IMG/VR virus record: IMGVR_UViG_3300031555_003590
Location: 192,001 to 256,000 of that record
Source of the DNA: a virus
Lineage: Duplodnaviria > Caudoviricetes
Reading direction: 5' to 3' (one strand)
Length of the DNA stretch: 64,000 nt
Shown: positions 10,081 to 19,995 of the stretch, in pieces
Layout: each line of letters starts with the position of its first letter
Numbering within the stretch: the first letter of the stretch is position 1
The notes under the pieces: model-generated
What the model was told of the DNA's origin: nothing
Database searches by the model: none
Seen by the model: only the letters and a program-made list of their open reading frames with translations
Position numbers and translations under genes: made by a program

Positions 10081-11316
10081 TTATTGAATCATTGATAAAC
10101 GTTTTAATGCATCAGCAATATCTGCATCAATTTGATTCTGAACTTCTTGATGTAATTTAGTATGAAGTTCTTCCGGTGATAAATTTTCATCATCATTTAT
10201 TTCAGATATCGTATTATTTGTAATATAAAAATCCATCGAAGTTTCATTATTTTTAATATAATTATAAATAGGACCTGAATAATTTTCAGAATATTCAGAT
10301 GGATTTTGTACAGATGATTCTAATTTATCTTTTTCAGCTGAATTAGTAAAAATAAAATATGGATTACAAATATTATTGATTATTTTATACATGTTATCAT
10401 CGGTATTTAAATCAGAAATATGAGCATTAATTATATCACAAGGCCTCATACTAATAAGCATATCACTTTCAATATTATTCTTCATTAAATAAATTACTGC
10501 AGGAATTACAGGTAATTTTAAAAATTGAGCAATGATTAATTTGATATAATCATCATCCGACGCAGATGTAATTTTACCTTGAGAAATTCTAAAATATAGC
10601 GGTGCAGTTAATCCATTTTTACAAATAGATTCAAACATTTCAAATACTTCATCAGTAGTTCTACCTGCAAATCCTAATTCTTTTTTATTAATATCCCAAT
10701 AAAAAATATTTTCAGGGATATCTTGTTTAGAATAATATTCATAAGGAAGATTTACACATAAAGCTGGAAATTTATACATATATTTATTAATTTTAATATC
10801 ATCATAATATACACTTTCTGTAAACATTGCATATTTAATTTCATCTGAAATTGTTCCAAAAGGAAGTGAATCATTATATACTTCAATATCTTTTTCACTT
10901 TGAATTTTAATTTTATCTAATACTTGTCTAAATGGAATTTTACAATTATTTCCATTATAAATGTTTAAAATCATATCAATATTACCAAACTTAACTGCTC
11001 TAAAATAATCAAAAGTAGGAATAAATATATCTGCATTACTAAAATATTCAGATACTTGATATCCATCAACTAGATCTGTATATTTCGATGTATCTGATTC
11101 TTTTAGACCATCTTCATATTTTAATAAAAATTTAGGAAGATTAATTTCTTTTTCAGATAAAATTTGTTTTACTTCATCTGCAGTTAATTTAATTACTTGC
11201 TTTGTAGAACGATGACGAAGAATATCAGTGTTACATTTAGATACAAATGCTTTATCTAATGTCATAACTGGAAGTTTAATTTTAGATTTTAATTCAGAAT
11301 AAATAATATCATTCAT
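10081..11316 (-). CDS. Hypothetical protein with degenerate ParB/sulfiredoxin-like segment
   Basis: 411 aa; FESICKNGLTAPL...KLIIAQFLKLPVIPAVI resembles the ParB N-terminal fold but lacks the DGxHR motif. Confidence 0.6.
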   Translation of the reverse strand: MNDIIYSELKSKIKLPVMTLDKAFVSKCNTDILRHRSTKQVIKLTADEVKQILSEKEINLPKFLLKYEDGLKESDTSKYTDLVDGYQVSEYFSNADIFIPTFDYFRAVKFGNIDMILNIYNGNNCKIPFRQVLDKIKIQSEKDIEVYNDSLPFGTISDEIKYAMFTESVYYDDIKINKYMYKFPALCVNLPYEYYSKQDIPENIFYWDINKKELGFAGRTTDEVFEMFESICKNGLTAPLYFRISQGKITSASDDDYIKLIIAQFLKLPVIPAVIYLMKNNIESDMLISMRPCDIINAHISDLNTDDNMYKIINNICNPYFIFTNSAEKDKLESSVQNPSEYSENYSGPIYNYIKNNETSMDFYITNNTISEINDDENLSPEELHTKLHQEVQNQIDADIADALKRLSMIQ

Positions 11317-12055
11317 CTATATCTACCTCTTCTTCTTGTATTAATAAATTATTTATTTTATCAACAAAATCATTTTGAACATCTTCAGGAGCAAAGAAAA
11401 TATTTAAAAGATTAATAACTGGAAGATTTTTATTAATTCTAGCAATTGAAATTTGATCTTCTCCATCAAAATACTTACTATAAAATTTCATATTAGAAGT
11501 ATCTACATTTTGGAATATAATTCCAAAATATTTTGATATCGTTAAACGTGAGAAATTTTTAAAATTAATTTCATCATAATCAGTATTTTCAAATTCTTCA
11601 TCAAATTCAATCATATCAGATCCAGTCGCACCTGATTTAATATATTTATATATTCCCAATACTGTAAGTGATGCAATTAAATTATATATATTATTAATTA
11701 ATTCTATATTTCTAATTTTAAATAAATCAATTTCACTTGAATTTAAAATTCCAGTAATATCATTATCTAAATATTTAGATAATAAAATATCAATCCATGT
11801 ATCAATCATTTCTTTATTCATACTAGATATATCGCCAGTCATAAACATTAAAATGAATTTCTCTTTATCTTCATATGAACATTTACTGAAGTCTAAATTA
11901 AGATCAAGATCAATATTGCGTAAAAAAATAAATGTTGCTCTAATTTTTACATCATCGTTACAGGGGAATTGTAACTGACTCATATCAACAGGGATGCTTG
12001 TTATATCTGGTAAATCTAATAATGATAAATCAAATGGTAATGTTAAATATTCCAA
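11309..12055 (-). CDS. Hypothetical accessory protein of the radical SAM cluster
   Basis: 248-aa acidic ORF overlapping the next gene; immediately follows the Cys-repeat protein. Confidence 0.7.
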   Translation of the reverse strand: MEYLTLPFDLSLLDLPDITSIPVDMSQLQFPCNDDVKIRATFIFLRNIDLDLNLDFSKCSYEDKEKFILMFMTGDISSMNKEMIDTWIDILLSKYLDNDITGILNSSEIDLFKIRNIELINNIYNLIASLTVLGIYKYIKSGATGSDMIEFDEEFENTDYDEINFKNFSRLTISKYFGIIFQNVDTSNMKFYSKYFDGEDQISIARINKNLPVINLLNIFFAPEDVQNDFVDKINNLLIQEEEVDIDE

Positions 12056-12080
12056 TAGTGTTACCTCCTATAGAACTTTA

Positions 12081-13340
12081 TTAATCTGAATAACAATCAT
12101 CATGACAATCATCATGACAATCTCGATAACAATTATTATGACATACTGTATGACACATCTCATTAGTGTATTCATAATTATATTTACTAGTATTATTCCA
12201 TGCAGTTAAACATGCACTCAATAATTGAGTAATATTAGTGGCACTAATAACAGAACCAACTTTAATTGAATGAGATACTGCACTACCAGTACTAGTAACA
12301 GTAGTAGTACTATCATATGATGGATAAACACTAGATGGAATAGTATAATTATATACTTTAGTAACAGTAGTTCTAGTTATATAATAATTATAACTTCCTT
12401 TAGAAATAGCATTCCATTGAGTTTCAGTACCAGTATAATTTACAGTAGTTAACGATGAAGTATTATAGAATGATCTTACCCCAATACTAGTAATTGTATT
12501 TGGAATAGTTATTGTATTTAATGCTGTACAATAATAAAAAACATAAGTTCCAATTGTTTTTAATTTATTACCAAGAATTGCAGAAGTTAATGCAGTACAA
12601 TTATAGAATGCATTATTTCCAATAGTAGTAGTATTAGGAGAAAGAGTAATACTAGTTAAAGCAGTACATCCATAAAAAGCTCTATATCCAATACTATATA
12701 CAGTATCAGGCATAATAATAGACTGTAAATTAGTATATCCTTGAAATGCACTATCTGCTATACCCATTACTCTATAATTTCCAACAGTTTCAGGAATAAT
12801 AATTTTAGTTAAACTAAAACATGAATCTTTTACAGGAGTAATAAATCCAGTAGTAGCATCAATAGTAAAATAACTTTCTGGAGTTGTTGTAAAATTAGTT
12901 GTACTAGTTTTATATCCGATGTTACGTACATAATTATTGGTAAAAACAACTTTACCGCTTTTTGTAGCTTTTAGTATATACCTATCATAAATAACTTGTC
13001 CTTTAGTATATCCATTACTATCATGAGTACTTTCTGCAATATGACTTTCATGTAAATATCGTACATATGAAAATGTACCTACTCTAGTAAGATTTTTAGT
13101 AGTATTAATAATAGCATTAGCTAAAGTTGAAGCTGAAATTTTTTGACCAACTATACCAATTTCAGGTGTAGGAAGATTTGATATATCATCCATCATAGTA
13201 GAAGGAACACATTGATATTGACCTTCCATTGGAGGATTTCCTTTATGATATGCATTAGCTTTAATTGTATTTAAAACAGTTGAAGTAAATAAATTAATAA
13301 TATCAGCACGTTTAATAGCACTGCCAGCACTAACAGCCAT
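12081..13340 (-). CDS. Tail-associated protein with BspA-type (LRR_5) repeats and C-terminal (Cxxx)6 Cys repeat; candidate radical SAM substrate
   Basis: IGxxAFYxCTxLTSITLP-type repeats; C-terminus CHTVCHNNCYRDCHDDCHDDCYSD. Confidence 0.85.
   Translation of the reverse strand: MAVSAGSAIKRADIINLFTSTVLNTIKANAYHKGNPPMEGQYQCVPSTMMDDISNLPTPEIGIVGQKISASTLANAIINTTKNLTRVGTFSYVRYLHESHIAESTHDSNGYTKGQVIYDRYILKATKSGKVVFTNNYVRNIGYKTSTTNFTTTPESYFTIDATTGFITPVKDSCFSLTKIIIPETVGNYRVMGIADSAFQGYTNLQSIIMPDTVYSIGYRAFYGCTALTSITLSPNTTTIGNNAFYNCTALTSAILGNKLKTIGTYVFYYCTALNTITIPNTITSIGVRSFYNTSSLTTVNYTGTETQWNAISKGSYNYYITRTTVTKVYNYTIPSSVYPSYDSTTTVTSTGSAVSHSIKVGSVISATNITQLLSACLTAWNNTSKYNYEYTNEMCHTVCHNNCYRDCHDDCHDDCYSD
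12084..12155 (-). repeat. 12-nt tandem repeat encoding six CxxX units
   Basis: Plus strand: acaatcatcatg acaatcatcatg acaatctcgata acaattattatg acatactgtatg. Confidence 0.85.
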
Positions 13341-13383
13341 ATTTTACACTCCTTTTCTAAAATATATTTTATAAGCTTAGTAA

Positions 13384-13414
13384 TAATGGGTGGGATATAA
13401 TATCCCACCCATTA
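13384..13414 (-). terminator. Hairpin terminator with TATAAT centre
   Basis: TAATGGGTGGGA-TATAATA-TCCCACCCATTA. Confidence 0.7.
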
Positions 13415-13432
13415 ATTGCCTATTATTGTTTA

Positions 13433-13915
13433 TTAGGCAAAAACTGCATTAAATGCTACCCAAGCATTGCCAGTATAAACTTTAACAAGTTTATTAGCAG
13501 TATCAAACCATACATCTTTATTATTAGTTGGGCTGCTAGGTGCAGTAGCTCCTACAGTAAAACGAATACCACCAACAGTATCTGAATTACCACCACCAGC
13601 AATAAATGTTGTTGGGATACCAGATAGATCTGAATATTTACCAGTATGAGCTACAGTAGATAAACCGGTAATCATAGTATATGGGTGAGTTGCAGGGTGA
13701 GGATTGTTTAATGCTCCAGCTTCGATCCCTGCAAGTTTAGTTTTCTCATTAGTCGTATAATTATTGGTACTGAACCCAGGAGTAGAACCATTAGCCAATC
13801 TATGATTTGATGCACCACCAGAACCTAAATGGTTATCAAAGTCAGTTACAACTTTATCCCATTTATTACGTTCATCAACACTAATATGTTGTTTAATTTG
13901 AGAATTATCAGCCAT
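13433..13915 (-). CDS. Short tail-fibre-like protein
   Basis: HISVDERNKWD, EKTKLAGIEAGA, HPATHP, LSTVAHTGKYSDL, and C-terminal APSSP...VWFDT...VKVYTGNAW segments typical of phage fibres. Confidence 0.75.
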   Translation of the reverse strand: MADNSQIKQHISVDERNKWDKVVTDFDNHLGSGGASNHRLANGSTPGFSTNNYTTNEKTKLAGIEAGALNNPHPATHPYTMITGLSTVAHTGKYSDLSGIPTTFIAGGGNSDTVGGIRFTVGATAPSSPTNNKDVWFDTANKLVKVYTGNAWVAFNAVFA

Positions 13916-13980
13916 TATTAAATTCCTCCTTTAATTATTTATTAAATAAATTATTAATGAGTTTAAAATATCATTTATAA

Positions 13981-14009
13981 ATAGTGGGGAGACAATGTCT
14001 CCCCACTAT
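13981..14009 (-). terminator. Hairpin terminator
   Basis: ATAGTGGGGAGACA-A-TGTCTCCCCACTAT. Confidence 0.75.
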
Positions 14010-14019
14010 ATTGAGGATT

Positions 14020-17000
14020 TTATCTTACTGCAGTAATATTAATAATTAGATTTTTGCTACCCATACGGAATTCATATATATTATCAACATCAGTACTATT
14101 GATAATTACATTAAAGTCATCAGTACTAAAGTTAATTCCAGTAATAGTAGAATCAGTAATAGTAGCAGTTAAAGTTATAAGATCAGCTTCAAATGCAGCA
14201 TCTAAATCAGATTCAACTGTAACACCATCAATTTGATTAATAGTAATTGTATATTCACTATCTTCAGGTTCAGTTGTGGTTAATTTACGATAAGGAGGAG
14301 CAACAATATAATTTGAAGCCTTTCTCATAAAGATTCGAGCACCAGTACCAATTATTGGTACACCATTTGTAAACATATCAGAAGCACTATATACAGTTGA
14401 GAATGTCTGACCATTTGTACCAACATTGATAGCAGCTTGTTTATTAATTGTAACATTAGAAACCATTGAATTACAATCACGCATAAATAGATCCATACTA
14501 TTATCGCCAGTTATATTATCAGGAATTTTAATTGGTTTATTAAATGCATGGCATTCAGTCATAAAATTACGTAAACAAGCTTTTCCAGAAATTCCTTCAG
14601 GAATAGTAATAGATTGGTTAAATGATTTACAACACATCAAAAATCTTTCAAGACAACCATCACCAGTTACAACATCAGGAATTTTAATCGGTTTATTAAA
14701 GCTAGTACATCCATAAAGGAATCCATGTAAACAATTACTTCCATAAATATTTTCAGGAATAATTACATTAGAATTGAAACTAGTGCAATTTCTCATGAAA
14801 TATTTTAGACATCTATCTCCACCAACACTATCAGGAATAGTAATAGACTGATTGAAATTTGTACATCCCATTAGGAAGTTTCTTAAACAATCATCACCAT
14901 GCACAGTAGTTGGAATATGATTTAAAGATGTTAGATTAATGAAATTACGACCAAAATTTCGTAAAGAAGAAATATGAGGTTCATCTTCATTATATGCATC
15001 AACTAATATAATTTCACAAGAATTAGATATATTTCCACAAGTAACTGTAACTGTTAGAGTATTCCCAACAGACTCATTCATACCAATATAAAGTTCTGCA
15101 GATAATTTATCATCAGATGGAGTTATTTGAGTTCCACTAAAGAATAGGAATCCTTCATCAGTAGCACCTGATACAGACCATTCAATATTATCAATTGAAT
15201 CATTTACAATTGAATCATCAGTACCAAGTAATGATATGTTGAAGTTTACAGAAGTACTCGAGTAATCTTTGTAAATAGTTTTTGATACAGCATCCATATT
15301 AATAGCATAAATTTTACTTTCATAATCAGATGTATCTCCGACAGAAATTAACAGTTTCTTATTATAATCACTATTAATACCAAATCCATCATTAATAGTT
15401 GCATCAAGTATCATATATCCAGAATTATTACCTGCTAGAATTAAATAGGTTGAACTTGCATCACTTGTAGGAATATTAAGCAATTTAGTTCCATCAGGAA
15501 TCTCAGTTGCATCCCAAATAATAGTTTTATTAGTTGTATTAGTAGGAGTAATAGTAGTAATTTCAGATAAGTTTAGATATTTAGTATTATCAATTTCTCT
15601 TCCATATACATCAATTAATTTATTATCAGAAGTAAATATTGTACCATCTTCAAATAAAACATATCCATTTGGTAATCTAATATAATTTCTTACAGTTGCT
15701 ATAGAATTAACTTCTTCTAATACTTCTAATGAACTAATTTCATCAATATTAAATGTAATATCACTTAAAATACAGATTTGATTAGAAGAATCGATATATG
15801 CACCATAAGGAAGATTAATATTGACATCACCATCTTGGTTAGTTCCTAATTCAGTAATTCCGCTATCAATATTATATGTATATTCATCAGGAAGTTTAAT
15901 TGATGTTCCATTTTTAATTGTGGTTGTATCAGGAAGTAATACAATATCGTTTTTATAATCAATTACAATACCATGAGTTGTAATACGATATAATATTTCT
16001 CCATGAGTATAATCTATTTCAGGATCATAATCAAATATAATATTAGCATTAGTTAATGGATCATTACCAATGGTACCAATAGTAATATTATTCCATTCTT
16101 CTTCAGTACCAGTATATTTTATTGTAGTTAGATTAACACATTCTGCAAATGCATTGTCACTAATACCAGTAACAAGTATGCCTAAAATTACTTTTGGAAT
16201 AATAATTTCACTATATTCTTTAGCCTTTTTAATTACTCCGCTAATAGTACCGGATTCGTCAATAATTACAAGAATTTCTTCTCCAGTAGGAACAATTAAA
16301 TCACCATTTGTATCAAGAATAGTACCAATTGGAATTTCAACTAAACTATTATCATATCTAATAAATGTATCAGGGAATTGAATTAATTTAGGATCAACTG
16401 TAAATATAGTATCAGCATATTTTAGATTTAGAATTAAATCTTCTTCATCAGAATTATTATATCTAATTAATGTACCATCTGAATGCATAAATATATTATT
16501 AGGAAGAAAATGCATTCCATAAAATGAATTATCTGCATCTATAGATATACAACCATCTTGATTATCAGATGGAGTAACATCAGCAAATGAAGATTTTTCA
16601 ATTTCAGGTTCTATAAATTCATATGTTTCAATTTTATCATTAGATAAAGTAATATCTGTAACAGGTACAGTATTATCTTCATGAGTACTTTCAGTCCAGA
16701 ATTCAACTGCTGTAATTTGATCTTTACGGAAAGTTGTACCATCAATAGTAATTGTAGAATCTGAAGGTAGATCTGTACAAAGATTATTTAAATCAGCCAT
16801 ACTATATACTTTAACATTAGCTCCAGTGTTAAGAGTTAAAGTTAAAATAGGATTAGTATAAGTGGTATCTTGTGCAATTGCTCTTATAGTAAATAATTTA
16901 GTATAAGAATCACCAGCTTGACTTAAATCATACCAATCAATTGCATCACCTTGACCATTCTGTACAGATGCCTGAATAGTAAATTCGCCAGGATGATCAC

Positions 17001-19989
17001 AATAAATAATATTATTTGTATCTCCTTTTAATACTGCACCAGCATTATTAGGATATTGATCTTGATCAAAATGAACATCATCCATTCTCCAGATTAAATC
17101 AGTATAACTAGGAACTTCTTCATCCCAAGTAGGATTATGATACCCAATACCACCATTTGTTTCAAGTTCACCAGATATAATAAAATCTTTACCTACAGGA
17201 ATTTCTAATGGTACATTAGAAACATCTTTAATTGCAATGAATGGAGGAAGTGTTTCAATTGTATAATTTTGAGAATAATCTTCACCAGGACTAGGTCCAA
17301 GACCAAATGGAACTTTTAAAGTGATATTAATTTTACCAGGGTCATATGGGAATAAATAATTTTCTTCTCTAGCCCAATCAAAGAAATCACTTATAGCTTT
17401 ATGGCTAAATGTAGTTTTGGCAGGATTAAAGATAATGCTATCTGCTCCACCATATTCTTGAGCTCTAGAAGATCTCCACTGTAATGTTGGTGCAGAAGCA
17501 TTCCAAGGATATACCACAGATTGATCAAGTAAAACTGGATAATGACAACGCAATGGTTTAGGAAGTTTAAGTTCAACATTTGTAATAGGAACATAAACGT
17601 CTTTTGCTGCAGGAGGAATAATTTTAATACCTGCAGTTATACTGAAATCCTTTCCTTCATTATATCCATCAACAATAGTCAGTTTCATAACAACTAAAGG
17701 TTCCATATCAGAAGTCATGTTATGAGGATCGATTTGAATAGTATTATTAGAAGAATCAAATATAGCATTTGCAACACTAGCATCAATCATTTCCATAATA
17801 ACAGTAGTTTTAGTTGCATTAGATGGTGTTACTGTTGTACTTAAAGTAATAGGAGCACCATTAGTTGTATTTGGATCATATTCAGTAGGATTAAGTTCAA
17901 TATTTTCAACTGGAACCCATGCAGCTTCAACTTTAAAAGTGAAACTTTTAACAAAATTTTGTGAAGAACCTTTACCATTTAAAACTGTTGCAGTTAATGT
18001 AAATTCACCAGTTCCAGTAAAACTAATTACTCCATCATTAATAGCAGCACCTGTAGATCCTGGAGATGAAATATTAAAAATAATATCACGATTATCAGCA
18101 TCATCAGGTGAAACTTTACCAGATAGAATAATAGTATTATCTGCTCTAATAGTAGATGGAAAATTTACTAAAGTAATATCAGTTACAGGAACAAATGCTT
18201 TTGCAATAGTAACAACAAATTCTTTACTAAAATCAAGATTTGGAGAAATACCTTTAGCTACTGTAGCTTTAAGTTTTAAAGTACCAGCTGCTTCAGCTAA
18301 TAATTTATTTCCACTACTAATAGTAGCACCTGTACTACCTGCATCAATAATAGACCATGTAATAGTTTTAGCCGATGCAGTTGATGGTGAAACTGTACCA
18401 GTTAAAGTAGAAGTAACACCAGCAGTTGCATTTGTTAATAATCCAGTAATATCAGTTACTGATACATATGTTGGTACATTAATATCAATTGTATCTTCAT
18501 ATAAACCATCTATAGTAGTAGCAGTAATAGTAACATCACCTTCATGAATTGAAAGAGCATTACCATTTTCATCAATCTGAATTACATTAGAATCACTGGA
18601 TTTCCAAACTACTTTTGGTTTAGTTGCATTAGTAGGAGTAATACTAATATCAAATTTTTGTTCACTACCAAGTATCATAGAACTAATATTAGGTGTAATG
18701 GTAATTGATTTTAATTCAATATTAACAGTTACTTGAGACATAGTAGTTCGTACAGTAGTTGCACCAGGACTACTAACTTCACAATAGTAATAGTAAACTC
18801 CTGCTTCAATATTTGAAGGAATTTCATAAGTAGCTTTATTTCCATTAGCAACAGCAATAGCCCCGCTAAAAGAATTAACATGATTGCGATACCATTTATA
18901 TGATATGATACCATTATCCGATTTTGCACTAACATAAATAGATTGATCAATAGAACCGTGTACTAGTGCAACCTGCTCAGTAGGTTGTGCTATAATGCTA
19001 ATTGTATTTGGTTTTGCATAGATACTGAAGTCTTTACTAAAATTACCTCCTTCTTCACTAGCTCCACCAACAACAGTACCACGTAGTACAATATCACCAG
19101 TAGTATTAGCTGTTAAACTATCTCCATTAATTGTTGCATCTCCAGATACAATAGTCCATGTAATACCTTGTACAGTTGAATCAGTAGGAAATACAGTACA
19201 AGGAGATAGATCAACTTTAAGACCTGCAGTTATAGTTTCAGGAACATTAAGAATATCAGTTACTGGGACAAATTCAGGCTCTATAACAATTATTTTGATA
19301 TTAAAACTAGCATTAGCACTACGATAAACAATTATACATGGAGAGTTAGATGGATAAGGAGTTTCCATATCAAATTTAATTACTGCATTATCACTATTAG
19401 TAGCAACAACTTCAGGATTTTTAAGATTGATAATAGAACCATCGCCCATTCTAGCTCCCCAATGATCATCTCCTGCTGAAATAGTAAATTCAATATCAGC
19501 AAGTTGTAAAGGAAATGGAATAGTGGCAATTAAACGATCAACTAATCCATTTTCATATTTACCACCGTTATATCCTTCAGTAGTAAATGCAAAATGACCA
19601 CTTAATGTATTTTCACTAAATGGTCTTTCATCTCCTGTATGCTCTTTGATATTAAATGTTGCAGTATCACTTCTATATACAAGAGTACAAGGAGAATTAG
19701 CGGCATATGCTGTAGCCATATCAAATTCAACGATACTATTATCGCGATTCTGATATAATACTTTAGGATTGGAAAGGGGGATGATAGAACCATCCCCCAT
19801 TTGAGCACCCCAATCCTCGGCACCGCTAGAAATTATAAAATCTACATCAACATTTTGAAGTTGATATACTATAGAAAAAATGCATTTCTTAACACTACCG
19901 GTTGAATCACTTTTAATTCCATCTAAACCGTCTAGTGTAAATCCATAATAACCGGTACGTTGATTAATCAGTGCCATATTGGTACTCAC
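14020..19989 (-). CDS. Giant adhesin-like virion protein (Ig-like/Big_2 repeats, BspA remnant, 26-aa LRR-like repeats)
   Basis: About 7 xVPVTDI-initiated Ig-like repeats, a Big_2-like ITPTNATKPKVVWKSSD, and C-terminal CLxxFxxxCxxFNxxIxIP repeats; true start may be ATG 19977. Confidence 0.8.
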   Translation of the reverse strand: MSTNMALINQRTGYYGFTLDGLDGIKSDSTGSVKKCIFSIVYQLQNVDVDFIISSGAEDWGAQMGDGSIIPLSNPKVLYQNRDNSIVEFDMATAYAANSPCTLVYRSDTATFNIKEHTGDERPFSENTLSGHFAFTTEGYNGGKYENGLVDRLIATIPFPLQLADIEFTISAGDDHWGARMGDGSIINLKNPEVVATNSDNAVIKFDMETPYPSNSPCIIVYRSANASFNIKIIVIEPEFVPVTDILNVPETITAGLKVDLSPCTVFPTDSTVQGITWTIVSGDATINGDSLTANTTGDIVLRGTVVGGASEEGGNFSKDFSIYAKPNTISIIAQPTEQVALVHGSIDQSIYVSAKSDNGIISYKWYRNHVNSFSGAIAVANGNKATYEIPSNIEAGVYYYYCEVSSPGATTVRTTMSQVTVNIELKSITITPNISSMILGSEQKFDISITPTNATKPKVVWKSSDSNVIQIDENGNALSIHEGDVTITATTIDGLYEDTIDINVPTYVSVTDITGLLTNATAGVTSTLTGTVSPSTASAKTITWSIIDAGSTGATISSGNKLLAEAAGTLKLKATVAKGISPNLDFSKEFVVTIAKAFVPVTDITLVNFPSTIRADNTIILSGKVSPDDADNRDIIFNISSPGSTGAAINDGVISFTGTGEFTLTATVLNGKGSSQNFVKSFTFKVEAAWVPVENIELNPTEYDPNTTNGAPITLSTTVTPSNATKTTVIMEMIDASVANAIFDSSNNTIQIDPHNMTSDMEPLVVMKLTIVDGYNEGKDFSITAGIKIIPPAAKDVYVPITNVELKLPKPLRCHYPVLLDQSVVYPWNASAPTLQWRSSRAQEYGGADSIIFNPAKTTFSHKAISDFFDWAREENYLFPYDPGKINITLKVPFGLGPSPGEDYSQNYTIETLPPFIAIKDVSNVPLEIPVGKDFIISGELETNGGIGYHNPTWDEEVPSYTDLIWRMDDVHFDQDQYPNNAGAVLKGDTNNIIYCDHPGEFTIQASVQNGQGDAIDWYDLSQAGDSYTKLFTIRAIAQDTTYTNPILTLTLNTGANVKVYSMADLNNLCTDLPSDSTITIDGTTFRKDQITAVEFWTESTHEDNTVPVTDITLSNDKIETYEFIEPEIEKSSFADVTPSDNQDGCISIDADNSFYGMHFLPNNIFMHSDGTLIRYNNSDEEDLILNLKYADTIFTVDPKLIQFPDTFIRYDNSLVEIPIGTILDTNGDLIVPTGEEILVIIDESGTISGVIKKAKEYSEIIIPKVILGILVTGISDNAFAECVNLTTIKYTGTEEEWNNITIGTIGNDPLTNANIIFDYDPEIDYTHGEILYRITTHGIVIDYKNDIVLLPDTTTIKNGTSIKLPDEYTYNIDSGITELGTNQDGDVNINLPYGAYIDSSNQICILSDITFNIDEISSLEVLEEVNSIATVRNYIRLPNGYVLFEDGTIFTSDNKLIDVYGREIDNTKYLNLSEITTITPTNTTNKTIIWDATEIPDGTKLLNIPTSDASSTYLILAGNNSGYMILDATINDGFGINSDYNKKLLISVGDTSDYESKIYAINMDAVSKTIYKDYSSTSVNFNISLLGTDDSIVNDSIDNIEWSVSGATDEGFLFFSGTQITPSDDKLSAELYIGMNESVGNTLTVTVTCGNISNSCEIILVDAYNEDEPHISSLRNFGRNFINLTSLNHIPTTVHGDDCLRNFLMGCTNFNQSITIPDSVGGDRCLKYFMRNCTSFNSNVIIPENIYGSNCLHGFLYGCTSFNKPIKIPDVVTGDGCLERFLMCCKSFNQSITIPEGISGKACLRNFMTECHAFNKPIKIPDNITGDNSMDLFMRDCNSMVSNVTINKQAAINVGTNGQTFSTVYSASDMFTNGVPIIGTGARIFMRKASNYIVAPPYRKLTTTEPEDSEYTITINQIDGVTVESDLDAAFEADLITLTATITDSTITGINFSTDDFNVIINSTDVDNIYEFRMGSKNLIINITAVR

Positions 19990-19995
19990 CTCCTA

